Shown one piece after another: positions 1 to 13,480 of a DNA stretch of 64,000 nucleotides. The position numbers and the translations under genes were made by a program. Every line of letters begins with the position of its first letter. The first letter of the stretch is position 1. The stretch covers positions 957,351 to 1,021,350 of the forward strand of contig NC_068987.1 in NCBI RefSeq assembly GCF_001194135.2, written 5' to 3'. The notes under the pieces are model-generated. The model was not told the origin of the DNA and ran no database searches. It was given only the letters and a program-made list of their open reading frames with translations. Source of the stretch: Octopus bimaculoides (Eukaryota).

Positions 1-44
<44 letters not shown>

Positions 45-947
45 TATATACGTGCTTCTGAGCTTATACGCCGATGTTGGCATTAGTTTTGGTTTCTTGT
101 GGTTAATTTCTTGTGGACAGATTTATTGCCATAGTTAAAAGATGTCGGTTAGCTTTAAACAACAATTCTGCGCTCCTGTTGTTTGAAAGTGTTGAATATA
201 AAAATGAGGAATGGCGTTGCTGTTAATTGTTTAGAAATATATTTCGTTGCTGGATACTGTAGTGGAATACTGTCAGTCTGGTGATCGTAGGTTCGAATTA
301 CAAATGTTCATTCACGGTGATATAGACATCGTGGTTCCTTCGTAACCGTCTTACTCGGAATAGAAAGGTGACTCTTTTCAAGGGTTACTCGCAACTAGAA
401 ATTTTGTTTTCTTCGTATTTTTACGAGATTAGGGAATATTAGGGAATATTAGGGGGATTTGAGAATTATTCCCTGCTAGTTGAGCAGCGTTATTGAGGAT
501 CTCATTTCCTTTTTTTTTTTGCTTTGACGAATGTAACAATTTTTATAGAAATAACAGATTTGGTAGTTTCTGTGTGCCTTGAATCACACACACACTCACA
601 TACATGCGCACACCTCTACGCACACACACACACACACACATATATGTGTGCGTGTATAAGATTACTTAAATGTATATATGTATATAATTCATTCTCCTAC
701 TGTAATTTCCCCGAAGCTAATATGGAAGGGGCTTTGAATTGTTCCTTTGTCAACGATGTCTTTCTCAAGCAACACATGGTTCTGAAGGGAATAGACTTTC
801 AACCGTTTGTCGTGTTCTCCTGTGAAAGTCTCCGCCGACCCATCTAATCTGGGTTCGCTCCTTGTCTTCGCAGTGCAAACTTTCCAAAAACTTTTGATAC
901 TTCGTAGGCCACCTGTCTACTAACCAATCGGAAAACAGTTCACGATA

Positions 948-1143
948 TATTGGTATTAGATTTTGGCAGAAGACCGGTAATTTCAGGGGCGTGGGTAAGT
1001 CGACCCTAGTACTCAACTGGTACTTAGTTCATCGACCTCGAAATGATGAAAGCAAAGTCGACCTCGGCGGAATTTGAACTCAGAACTTTATTTCCACTAA
1101 GCATTTTATCCGGCGTCCTAACGATTCTGACAGCTCACCGCCT
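948..1143 (-). mobile_element. tRNA-derived SINE, family A
   Basis: The minus strand reads ggcggtgagctgtcagaatcgttag (A-box-like), then gagttcaaattccgccgaggtcgactttgctttcatc (B-box-like) and aagtaccagttgagtactagggtcgac. The same blocks recur at 13.8, 45.6 and 48.3 kb. Confidence 0.9.
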
Positions 1144-1544
1144 TCAATCCACGATATTTTGTCACATAAGAAATAATATAGAAAATATTTCATCTCGGAA
1201 GCTGTTTTTATAAAAATCAGTTTTTGTATATTTCCCCTATTTTCAAACATTTTTCTCTATGATTATTTCCTAATACAATGGCGTATCGATCCGTTGTTAA
1301 TACGTCCCTGCGGATCCGAACACGTATACGCTAATCGTTGTTGTATTTCGTTGTTGACGAACAACTGCTTTCAAACAATGTGTGATCATAACTCCCTCTA
1401 ATAAATATGTATGTCATCATTTTCATTGTCACTCTTTACTCAACACGTGACACTTTATCATCGGTTGGCAAACATCAGCAAATAATTTGTTTGCTGTGTT
1501 CTATAAACATGAGCCAAAAACTCTTGTTAGATTCATTCATTGCA

Positions 1545-1680
1545 GGTGGCTTTGGCTACAGAGACACACAATCAAGTGGAAACATCGTTATGCCTTGAAG
1601 CCCCCTCACCTCAATGAATCGAGTTGCTCTCCCATGGCGAAATCCAACAGTGATTAGCAGGTTCACTTTCGAATCTGCCA
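1545..1680 (-). mobile_element. Degenerate SINE family B 3' tail
   Basis: Minus-strand actcgattcattga...cttcaagg...gtagccaaagccacctgcaatgaa loosely resembles the family B tail seen at 19.8, 26.5 and 56.7 kb. Confidence 0.45.
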
Positions 1681-3739
1681 CAATTTACTAAGAATAAATG
1701 TTTATGTCATCGTTTTGTTTCTGCTGTTCTCCGTGCACATGATCATTTATTTGGCTTATGATATTTCTACGTCAAGTAAGAAATCAGACGCAATATTTAG
1801 AATCAGTGCCAGAGATTTGTAAGTAAGCACGATAGAAATTAAAGCTAAAACTCAATGTTAAACACAGAGGTGGGAATGATGTTACTTCATAACAAATTGT
1901 TTCACTAATTATTCAACAAGGTCACGTCTCTCATCAACTTTTTATAATCGAAACCATTAATGATTTCATTAGCCCTTTCGCCACTCACTTGACAATCACC
2001 ATAGTTCCTTTCCCCTCCCCCTCCACCCTTGCCTTTTAAATACTGTTTCTAGGATGATCGTCCACTTCTGCGCACTTTCCATGGTTGCACATTTTCCATT
2101 CTACCAAATTGTTTATTTCGATATCTGAAGATTCGAGAGATGAAACTGAAGTAAAATTTTCAAGCCTAAGTTTGTTCAGGTTCATACATTATTCATTACA
2201 TTACTCTACTTCGGATATTGAGTACTACATTGTAACAGTAGTGTTTGTATATCTGTATAATTAATATATTACATACATTTATTTATATGCATACACATGC
2301 ATGCATATACATATATATTCATGCACGCGCACATATATAAATGACTACTTATATATATATATATATATATNNNNNNNNNNNNNNNNNNNNNNNNNNNNNN
2401 NNNNNNNNNNNNNNNNNNNNNNNNNNNNNNNNNNNNNNNNNNNNNNNNNNNNNNNNNNNNNNNNNNNNNNNNNNNNNNNNNNNNNNNNNNNNNNNNNNNN
2501 NNNNNNNNNNNNNNNNNNNNNNNNNNNNNNNNNNNNNNNNNNNNNNNNNNNNNNNNNNNNNNNNNNNNNNNNNNNNNNNNNNNNNNNNNNNNNNNNNNNN
2601 NNNNNNNNNNNNNNNNNNNNNNNNNNNNNNNNNNNNNNNNNNNNNNNNNNNNNNNNNNNNNNNNNNNNNNNNNNNNNNNNNNNNNNNNNNNNNNNNNNNN
2701 NNNNNNNNNNNNNNNNNNNNNNNNNNNNNNNNNNNNNNNNNNNNNNNNNNNNNNNNNNNNNNNNNNNNNNNNNNNNNNNNNNNNNNNNNNNNNNNNNNNN
2801 NNNNNNNNNNNNNNNNNNNNNNNNNNNNNNNNNNNNNNNNNNNNNNNNNNNNNNNNNNNNNNNNNNNNNNNNNNNNNNNNNNNNNNNNNNNNNNNNNNNN
2901 NNNNNNNNNNNNNNNNNNNNNNNNNNNNNNNNNNNNNNNNNNNNNNNNNNNNNNNNNNNNNNNNNNNNNNNNNNNNNNNNNNNNNNNNNNNNNNNNNNNN
3001 NNNNNNNNNNNNNNNNNNNNNNNNNNNNNNNNNNNNNNNNNNNNNNNNNNNNNNNNNNNNNNNNNNNNNNNNNNNNNNNNNNNNNNNNNNNNNNNNNNNN
3101 NNNNNNNNNNNNNNNNNNNNNNNNNNNNNNNNNNNNNNNNNNNNNNNNNNNNNNNNNNNNNNNNNNNNNNNNNNNNNNNNNNNNNAATAGAAGAGGAACA
3201 TGGAAAAATAGTTTGAGAGTCAGAGGGAGAGAGAGAGAGGGAGAGAGAGAGGGAGAGAGAGAGAGAGGGAGAGAGAGAGAGGGAGAGAGATAGAGGGAGA
3301 GAGAGAGAAAGAGAGAGAGAGAGATGGGGGGGAGACAGACAAACAGACTGACAGACAGACCGAGTCAGACTGCGAGATTGTTTCTGTTCTTGTGAAAGAA
3401 TTTTAGTAAAAATATGGAGAAATATCTTAAAATATAAAGCATAAAATCCTTGAACGAATATTTTTCTGAACGAGTCTTCGTTTATACATGTTTGTGTGTG
3501 AAAAATTGTAGAGAGTGAATTAGACATAAGAAAAATAGCCGAACACTCAGGGATATTGTATGTGTGTAATTATATATTTAAACACACACACAGGTGTATG
3601 TGTGAACGTATGTATGTCATTATTAAGTTTTATTTCGAGAATTCTTGCCAATAGAGAAAGAACCGGTTTCTAACCTAGATCCAAAGCTCCTTCATTGGAA
3701 TTTCAACATCAACAACAGGGTATATTTGCTTGTATGAAT

Positions 3740-4170
3740 GTATGTATACATCCCCTACTTTTAGGTCACTTTAGATAAACCCTCGATTCAATAGCACTGT
3801 GTACAAACTCTACACTTGGAATGACCAATTTTAATTACTGCTGGAATTTACTCACAAGATATTGGAATCTTATATGTATACCATTCTGCCTAAATAATGG
3901 ATCTACAAATGCAATATCTCTGCATGTCTCACACCTATTTTCATTCTTCCACTTCACTCTCTATTTCCTATCCTATCTAAATTAACTATTGCTTAACCAT
4001 CCTCTCACACCGTCTCCGATGAAGAGATATAAAAAATATCCCGGAAACAGCTGTAAGACCTTATATTCATAAATGTTCTAAAATCTTTCACAGCCTTAGA
4101 TTTTTATCTCATCCTGAAAATGTTTTATATATACACATCCTGGTATACGTTGGACTCCTCATTCGCATAA
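3740..4170 (+). mobile_element. Penelope-like (PLE) derived repeat, non-coding terminal region
   Basis: Unique-complexity segment containing a minimal type I hammerhead motif of the kind typical of PLE terminal repeats. No intact RT or GIY-YIG ORF is visible. Boundaries are approximate. Confidence 0.55.
4012..4059 (+). ncRNA. Minimal type I hammerhead ribozyme, degenerate core
   Basis: gtct (stem I) - CCGATGA (CUGAUGA with U>C) - a-gagata/taaaaaa/tatccc-g (stem II, one mismatch) - GAAA - cagctg (palindromic stem III) - TA (GUA triplet) - agac (stem I partner). Confidence 0.7.
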
Positions 4171-4289
4171 TCGCTGAACCTGGAGCTTAACTATAGTCTG
4201 TCCATAGCACTTACGCAGCATTACCTGACACCTTTGGGTCTTATTGACACCATTACCTCTCATAACCCCTATATATATATATATATGTG

Positions 4290-4364
<75 letters not shown>

Positions 4365-5057
4365 GTACTTGTATATGTTTATATATCTACAAATAAATGC
4401 ATACACATAAGAATATACATACTCTGAAGAACTATAAAAACAAGATATTTTGACTCGACGGAAGGACTCAATACATGGTAGGTCAAATAAGTCTCGCTGA
4501 CCGTGTTTTCAGGATTTGACTATAGAAAAGACTTCAAATAATAGAAATTCCTTCAAAGACACATACTTATATACGCATATATAAATATACATATACATAC
4601 ACAAATGGAAAATTTACGTATAAAGGCCGAAAGACCATGGCCTTCTTCATATATAAATGCAGTGTCAATACAAACAAATACACACACACATTATCACAGA
4701 CACGCTTACATATACACACATGAAAATAAGCACGTTCACAAGCACACACAGAAACGCAAGCACTCACTCACACACAGAAACACACTGATATGGAGAAGCC
4801 GAAACCCATGCAGACGGTGTATTTCGAGAAACGGCTAATCAAATTGGCTTTCGTTATCCGACGTTTGCAGGAACTGATTAGATGAAGCCGGGTTAATTTT
4901 TTTGTTAATCTGCAGCTAATAAGTTCTCTTCCAACCTGGAAACACGGCCAATGATATATAATTAGAGAGAGGGAGGGAGAGAGAAGAAAGGAAGGAGAGA
5001 TAGAAAGAAAGAGAGAGATAAAATAGAAAGAAAGAAAATAAGAGATAGATTGAGAGT

Positions 5058-5089
<32 letters not shown>

Positions 5090-5149
5090 CAAGGAGAGAA
5101 TACTGACTATTGAAATGAAAAGTAACTACAACACCATCACCTTCAACAA

Positions 5150-5150
5150 T

Positions 5151-5212
<62 letters not shown>

Positions 5213-5232
5213 TTGCTGCTGCTGCTGTTGTT
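5150..5232. repeat. (TAC)n/(CAC)n/(TGC)n compound microsatellite
   Basis: Read directly from the sequence. Confidence 0.95.
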
Positions 5233-7369
5233 GCTTCTACTATAGCAACAACAACGAGAGGATGAAGATTATATCCCGTCTTGCAATCCTCCATCAATGC
5301 AGGCAATTATGGCTGCCGTTGGGAACAAACTAACATCAAAGAGTAGAACGGGAAGGAAAAGGTAAAGGAAAGGGGGGTAAATAAGGGTAGGAAAAAATGA
5401 CCGTTGTCCACGATTGGTCATCGAGAGTCTCCTTTTATACGTCATCAAGAAATAGCCCAAAATCCGTAAATCATACGTGTCTTTCGATATAGGAACTGGG
5501 ATCAAATAAAATGATTCCATCAACAACAACAGACTATAGAAATGCCGCCACCACCACCACTACTACCGCCACCACCACCACCACCAACAACAACAACAGC
5601 AACAACAACAAATACTGCAAAAATAAAAGCCACGACATCCACTAAGATAAAAGTAAAAACATTAACAAATGTAACGCCTGTTGCTGTTCTTATTGATGGT
5701 GGTGGTGGTGGTGGTGTTGTCATTCTTGTTGTTTAACCCCAGGTCTTCTGTGATCGCGCCAAACTATGAACACAGACACTCCAACCGTATCAATCCAGGT
5801 CGCCTTTATTCCACCCTGCCCCCCTTTTCTTAAAGATAGAACGATGTAATTTGAAGGACATTTCGTTACGATTTCTAGCAAATCAAATATTCCGTAGAGA
5901 GTCATCTGTTGACTCGTGTTGTCATCTTTGACGTCGTCGAGGAGAGTCAAGGGTGGACTCTAAGTATGTAGTGTGGAATGGGAAGAGAGGAGAGAGCAGT
6001 TTGCTGTCTCGTATGGGGCGTGGCACGTAGTGTGTGTTTGTGTGTGTGTGTGTGTGTGATTCTGTGAATGTGTGTGCGTGCGGGTATGTGTGTGTGTGTG
6101 TTTTGTAGAGCGACATTTGTGGTGGAAGGTTAAGATGTGGAAATATATATATACGTTGCAGTGGAAATGATAACAGCAGAGAGATTTAGTGACATGTAGG
6201 GAGAGGGGGGAGTGGAAAGATAACTTTATTGGAAATGATGATAGTGGTGATGATGATGCTGATGATGTTAAAGGTCGAAGAGGAAAAACGGGAGAGGTAG
6301 GAGGAGTGATGAGCTAGAATTATGGAAGCGGAAATAAATAGGTCGAGAAAGTAAGGGGGCGGGAAAAGAGAAAGCTAAGAGAAGTGAACGAGAAAAGGAC
6401 TAGGGGAAGGGTGAGAAGGTGGAAAAAGACAGAAAAAGCAAATTGCACAAAAAAAAAACAGAAATTAAATATAAACAAATAAAAAGAAATGATTAAAAAA
6501 CATTGATGATGTATAAATATAATTAAGGATTAAAAAAGAAAAGATAACGAAGAATGACTGGAAGATATACAGAAATATAATCATGATCCACAGTTGGATT
6601 GTTTTTAGATCATATACCCTCACGTATACATACATGCACACAAATGTACACACACACATGTTAACATGTATGTATATATATATATATAGAGAGAGAGAGA
6701 GATAGATAGATGCATATACTTATATTTTTTATATATGCTTGCATATTTTTTTTTATACATATATTTATATTTATGTACATACATATATACCTTTGTGTGT
6801 AGGCGTGTATATATAAATATGTACAAATACAAATATATATATATATTTATTCATTTACACATATGTGTGACTGTGTGTTTACATGTATTTTCATATGTTT
6901 ATACACATCCATGTCTACAACAGTGAAATGATAATATAAAACTCAAATAAATCCACACACACACTCACACACACATACATACACATTTTCCATACCCACC
7001 CCAGACACCCACTCACGCACACCCACACACACACCCACCAGCTCATATGTGAATGCCGTGTATATTAGCTGTCTCCACATCTGTACAGTCGGTAATCTGA
7101 TGACAACAAACGTATAATCTTTATATCGATTATCGTTTGTGTCGACATAAACCACGCCCCGTCCCCTCCACAATACTCCTGTTAATGGGTCAGGCATTTG
7201 TCGGTCGGTGACGATTGAATTCAGCATTATATCTCTCTAATATACAATAATAATAATAATAATAACAACAATAATAATGATAATAATAATATGGTAAGAG
7301 AAATAATGATGATATGCTCTTGCTAATAGAATGATTATCTTATCTTTTACAACGGTACTCGCACACACG

Positions 7370-7411
<42 letters not shown>

Positions 7412-7561
7412 CACAGCTGTTTCTCGACTTCTATATATTAATGTGTATCAGTTAAACATTCTTTCCGGTATGAGCAAAACAGAAGACATAAAAAAAAGAT
7501 CCTATTTATTTGTTCTGCTGTTTTTTTTTATTTTATGATATATTTTTTTGAAATAAATGCT

Positions 7562-7596
7562 AATAATGATGACGATGTTAGTAATGATGATGATAG

Positions 7597-7640
<44 letters not shown>
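7562..7640. repeat. (GAT)n microsatellite
   Basis: Read directly from the sequence. It explains the poly-D, poly-M and poly-I ORFs. Confidence 0.95.
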
Positions 7641-7641
<1 letters not shown>

Positions 7642-7687
7642 GGGGGAGGAGGAGAATAATGTTTATGGTGACGATGATGATTTCTTC

Positions 7688-7890
7688 GCATTTTGGCACA
7701 GAGCCAGACATTTTAACGGACGGAGCGAGTCAGTTGCATGCACCGTTTTACTCAAACAATGATTTCTTTTACGGAACTCGAAAGGATGAAAGCAATGTTG
7801 CTAGAATATGAGTTCAGAATGTCAAGCCGGAAAAAAAGCCGCTGCGCATTTTTTCCGACGCTCTAACGATTCTGCGATCTAGCTACCTTC
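7688..7890 (-). mobile_element. SINE family A, diverged
   Basis: Minus strand: gcagaatcgttagagcgtcggaaaaaatgc...ttgctttcatcctttcgag...aaaatgtctggctctgtgccaaaat. Confidence 0.8.
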
Positions 7891-7904
7891 AACTCAAATG
7901 CTGG

Positions 7905-8060
7905 CACAAGCCTATCAGTTTCAGAGCAAGTGAGTGCTATAGTTGATTATATTGACCCCCACCCCAAATGGTCAGCTGGTGCTTCCTTTCCCAACTCGGA
8001 AAGGATGAAAGAGGAAGTCGACCCCGAATTCAGAATGTGAGATCCAGAAGACATCCCGTC
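7905..8060 (-). mobile_element. SINE family A, diverged, next to the previous copy
   Basis: Plus-strand cggaaaggatgaaagaggaagtcgacccc matches the core of the 45.6 kb copy. Confidence 0.7.
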
Positions 8061-10737
8061 AACCTAACTTTTATAAATCCCACCCGCTTAAGTAGGCCTG
8101 TAAGAGTAAAGTTGATAAAATCCAATCAAACTAGGTGTTATATCTATTAAATCCACCGTGGTATTTTGGGTCGGAATATTGGTGATTGAATGGAGATAGG
8201 AGAAAATTCGAATGACCACCATCTTAGTAAGTAATGTAGGGTTAAAGTCATTCATATCCACCCCTGTACGGGTAAGTGGAATAACCATTAAATCCATTCC
8301 AATACATTACTGGTACTTTTCGTTTACCAGCAATTGGGGGACATAATGTAAATACTACTGATATGTCCAGGATGTTGTTGGTAGCGTTTAGCTCAAGGTG
8401 GACCCTTACTGATCGGATATATGATCAAAGTTGTTAGAGTAGTGAACATTCCGTCTTTTATATAGGTATTATAGACCTAGGGTGTCTATCACTCCAATGT
8501 TATCTTTTTTTTTTTTTCAAAGACAATAAAATGTGATTTGAAAGGGATTTGATTACATTTTCTAGAGCGATATCAGACCCCAAAAAGGCTCTTTCGATGA
8601 GTGGCCACTTTCTTCTGAGAGCTGAATATGTAACAGAAATACCAAAGAAAGAATCTTTATAGAAAATTGACTCCACTAAGTAAAGCAGGGTTCTGAAGAT
8701 GTTTGACAAACATACAATCATAAAACAAAAGCGTAAAAGAAAAAACATGAAAACCTACATCGATGGAATTGGCGAACCATTGGCATTTCTTTGGTTATAT
8801 TTGACATATTCCATAATGGAACTTGCTGAACTGTGACTGAAATCATGAAAATATTATCATTTTAGCAGAGATTTCAAAATATTTACAGCTTTTGTCAAAT
8901 AGTTTTTTGTTAAACTTTAATGAAATATATTTTAGAATGAAATTATCTGAGAAGGTGAAGATCAAGTAGTTATGGCTTTAATGAACAATCATTTTTGTTA
9001 GCAAATTTCTCGTCTTTACTTAAAATTCTCTTCGTAATTACCAGACGAGAATACACACACACACGCACACGCACACACACACGCACACACACGTACACAC
9101 ACCTATACAAACACACATATACGTCTTTATATATGTGAATGTATACCCCGTCAATATTTCTTCAATTATTGTATTCAAAAACACTTATCTTTAGGTGTAC
9201 ACACATATATTTGCATACATATGTATAAGATATATGTATAAGATATATGTGCACACACGCATACACATTAAGGCACACAGACACACACACATAGATACGT
9301 ACATTTATATATGTGTATAAAGTGTATGTATATATATATATATATATATTAGGGAGATACACAGAAAGTGCCTTGCTAAAAATGTCTATCAATGGTCACG
9401 GAATGATTTAAAGAGCATTTTTGTGAAACAAATTTGTGATGAATTTATCAATTTATATACATACTTACGTAAACACACACGCATACATACACACGCACAA
9501 ATACACAAATACACACTCAGGCACAAATACACACGCACGCACATCATTCTGACAACTTTAGATGTGAAATTATTTTAAAGTTATGCTACAACATCTATAT
9601 TGCTTGCACTTAATTGCGCCTGGGGTGAATAACCATAGAGGCATTCATTCTTCTCCAGTGTGTATAATGGAATATAATTCATAGTAATGCGCTGCATATT
9701 CTATTAACCATCCCAGTCCATGAACTGCATCCTTATTGATGCTCCATCTCCACAGTTCGATATTGGGATGGCACCAATGTTTTAGTAGTTTTTATCTTAT
9801 GTCCGTCCGCACAGGATAAACAAAATGTTATACTGAACATTTGAACAGGCATTTTCTTGTTTGTGATTTCTTAAAACGAAATTGTTGCCAAATTACATAA
9901 GTTCCAAATTCTTCTTCGCGTTTTTCCACTGGATATAACAGTTAACGGCGCTGTCTTTTCATTTACAATCAAATTGGATAGGTTCCTCTTTTCTGTGATT
10001 CTTGAAGAAACTGAGTTCTTTGAAATTACTTTCTCCTGTTCCGAAATACTTTCGAAAGGCCGTTTCTTCATAGTCTGCGGATTTGTTTAATAGCACTGAA
10101 CTCAACTTAAAGAATTAATTGCTTTAGCGTTGCAGGACTGATTTGGAAGGCAAAGAATTTTATTCACTGCATGTATTTGTTTTGGTGGTATTTCGTGCTT
10201 GATGGTTAACTTCAGCGTATTTTCAAATTCTTTCAATAAATAATTTCCTGTAACGACGTTTCGCTGTGAAAATTTTTTTGGGAACGCAAAACATTTTTTA
10301 GCTGTGTTAGGTTTAAGTTTTCATGNNNNNNNNNNNNNNNNNNNNNNNNNNNNNNNNNNNNNNNNNNNNNNNNNNNNNNNNNNNNNNNNNNNNNNNNNNN
10401 NNNNNNNNNNNNNNNNNNNNNNNNNNNNNNNNNNNNNNNNNNNNNNNNNNNNNNNNNNNNNNNNNNNNNNNNNNNNNNNNNNNNNNNNNNNNNNNNNNNN
10501 NNNNNNNNNNNNNNNNNNNNNNNNNNNNNNNNNNNNNNNNNNNNNNNNNNNNNNNNNNNNNNNNNNNNNNNNNNNNNNNNNNNNNNNNNNNNNNNNNNNN
10601 NNNNNNNNNNNNNNNNNNNNNNNNNNNNNNNNNNNNNNNNNNNNNNNNNNNNNNNNNNNNNNNNNNNNNNNNNNNNNNNNNNNNNNNNNNNNNNNNNNNN
10701 NNNNNNNNNNNNNNNNNNNNNNNNNNNNNNNNNNNNN

Positions 10738-10819
<82 letters not shown>

Positions 10820-10854
10820 TACGTTTGTATATGTATATAGCTATCCCAGTTATA

Positions 10855-10886
<32 letters not shown>

Positions 10887-11153
10887 CATTTATATATGTA
10901 TATAGCTATCCCTCTCTTTTACCGCATATATTCTTTCTCTCTTTTACTTATTTCACTCATTAGACTACGGCCATGCTGCAAAATTTCACTCGAACAAATG
11001 CACCCCGGTACTTGTTTTAGTTTTTTTTTAAGCCTGACACTTATTCTATTCGCTCTTTGTACCAAACCGCTATGTTACAGGGATGTAAACACATCGACGC
11101 CGGTTATCAATCGTTGCTGTGGGGCAAACATAAACATAAACACACACCCACAT

Positions 11154-11211
<58 letters not shown>

Positions 11212-12299
11212 ATATAGTCTCAGTAGATCTTGGATGTACATGGTGACAAAAAGCACATCTCTCTGTACAGTCTATAAAACTCATACTAATACTGAACGAA
11301 GCGCCGAAGTATCTTTTTAAACATGGCAGCGTTTTCAATGAAAAGTAAGGCCTTCCTCTCATATATAATGATTTCTGTATCACTGTATTAACAATGCAAT
11401 ATGTCTTAGCAGAGCTGGAATTAACGATAACTAACAATGTACAGATTGATGGATAAGATTCTGCAATATTGAACCGAACGAACAAGCAACCCTTTTATTA
11501 GTAAGAGTCTTAAATGAGCTGATTACAGTATTACGATTGTCCTATTGACGGAAGTTGACGACATTCTCAATTCAGTCCTTAGTGTTATATGAAATTGTTT
11601 GCTAATTAATCCGATGTCACTCTTTGCAGGATTGATTAATCTGTTGTTTGGATTAGAAAGGAAGTTCTTCGCTTGGCCTTTGTTTGTAATGTACGATTGC
11701 GCTTAGCTAAATATTATAATCTGTTATCTCCTTACAGTTGTGTAGCCTCGTTATTGATATTGTTATAAGAGACTAAGTTAGATTTTTCTGTAATGTTCAT
11801 TATCTTTGTTTAATTCATAAATATTTTTCCTTTTACATGATTATATAAAAGTCGTTTTGAATAACATACTGTACGTTTAAAGAGCATGAGTGAACAAATG
11901 ATCCAATGTCACTCGCAGAATTTAGGTTGATCCGAGTGAATGGCAGTAGTCACTTACCCAATGTGCCGCGCGGCTTGATCACATAGGATTTACTTAACAA
12001 CGTACCTCTGACGTAACTAGCAAAATTATAATAAAAATTTAGAAACAAATGTTTTCGCGGCCTACATATTCAGTGTATAAATATATTTTCTTTCTAATTA
12101 ATCCATCTCGGTGTGACAAAAATACTCACTAAGCTTATACTAGCCTTGTTCTAATAGGCAACAGCCCCCTCTTAAAAAATTTATGACTTAGTTTCGGTTT
12201 GTGTTGATGCAAGTTGACAATCAGAAAAACCAAAAACAAGTGGTGCCCATGCGACTTACATGAGTCCCTAGAACTCATGGGAAGAAGAGCAGAGACCTG

Positions 12300-12850
12300 G
12301 TGTATCTAATACTATCTAATATAGTTGGCAACAGAGTGGACTCCGCTAAAGTGACAAACGGGATTCATGTTTGTGTTAAACAGGACGATAAAACAGGTCT
12401 GTCTTCTAAGAAAAAGACAGAAAAAGCGATGTGGATATCTTCAACATCCACGCTGTTTCTGTCTACCAAATTCCAGTCCAATGGTTTCAACTAACATAAA
12501 AGTAGAACAGTCATTTTCCAATGGTGTGCTGCCGCGCCATCTAACCTGGATATCTCACACTGAAAGACGAAATTATAAACCATTATGATTATTGTCTTAT
12601 TTTTCAGAAAGTTCGGCTTTGATTGTTCTGGTAGATTCTGTGAGAATCTGTCAGAGGCTTCACCGAGTCTTTACCCGCACATTATAAGCTTTGATGCTTT
12701 ATTTATCGTTGGAGACATTGATACTTCTATTATCGTGGGACACATTCAACATCCAAGTACCAATCTGAAAATCCAAGCTGTCCTCAGTAGAGCAGTGTTT
12801 TAGGGGCTTGCTCTGCTCTCATGTCAATTCCGATTTCTTTGACACATTCC
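12300..12850 (-). mobile_element. RTE-like LINE relic, start of AP endonuclease; paralogous to 27.4-27.6 kb
   Basis: Frameshifted FQIGTW[N]VEC (cf. GTWNV) and QVRWRGS (cf. EVRWxGSG). 12625-12845 aligns by eye with 27405-27600, e.g. attatcgtggga-acattcaacatccaagtaccaa and gggcttgctctgctc-catgt-aattccgattt-tttgacac. Confidence 0.55.
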
Positions 12851-13480
12851 TCGAACTTTGTTTAAACTAAATTCGATCTTGAACTTGTAAACTTATAACC
12901 AAGACCATTCCAGCCATGTTATAATATCCTCTTCGTTCGAGATGCCTGTACCCCAGGCTATATTTATTCAATGTGTCTCTTTAAAGATAGTGAATATGGT
13001 TTCAGAGCGAACTGACTGCTATTTCTAGTGTGTCATTAACTGGGTAGTGTGCCTGTTCTTGGCTTACATTAATATGAGAACGTTTATCATAAGAATTCGA
13101 AAAGCATCGGACTTTGTGTTAAGTTGATCCATTAACTTACGTCTTTTCAAATCCTGCATAGATTCGCTTTCAACTTTCTTTTGGGATCGATAAATTATAG
13201 AAATAATCAATTTTTGACATCGATCTGTCCAACAAGTCTTTCTTTGAAAATAGGCTGCATTATAAATAATCTGTCATTAATATAAATAATATACGGTCCA
13301 ATTAGATTATGTTTCCTAGTTAGGAACATCACTGTTGTGAGATCAAACTGTACCAAAATCATTTAGTTGTGTTTTTCTGTTTATCTACGGAATTTCGGTA
13401 ATAGAAATGGCTCTTTTAAGAATATGATCCAGTCAGGTGTAAAACTGGATTCTTTGGCAGTGTTGTCTTTATATTCTGAA
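12850..13480 (-). mobile_element. Old CR1/L2-like LINE AP-endonuclease relic
   Basis: The minus strand gives IIYINDRL and LIISIIYRSQKK...DQLNTKSDAFRILM, resembling xIYRPP...LxGDFN. There are many stops and frameshifts. Confidence 0.5.

Noticed and set aside
700-917. Minus-strand exon GLRSIKSFWKVC...SFGEIT
   Set aside because: The acceptor is weak, it sits directly beside a SINE, and I recognise no homology.
1610-1674. Minus-strand exon SKVNLLITVGFRHGRATRFIE with a GTGAGG donor
   Set aside because: It lies within what looks like a degenerate SINE-B tail.
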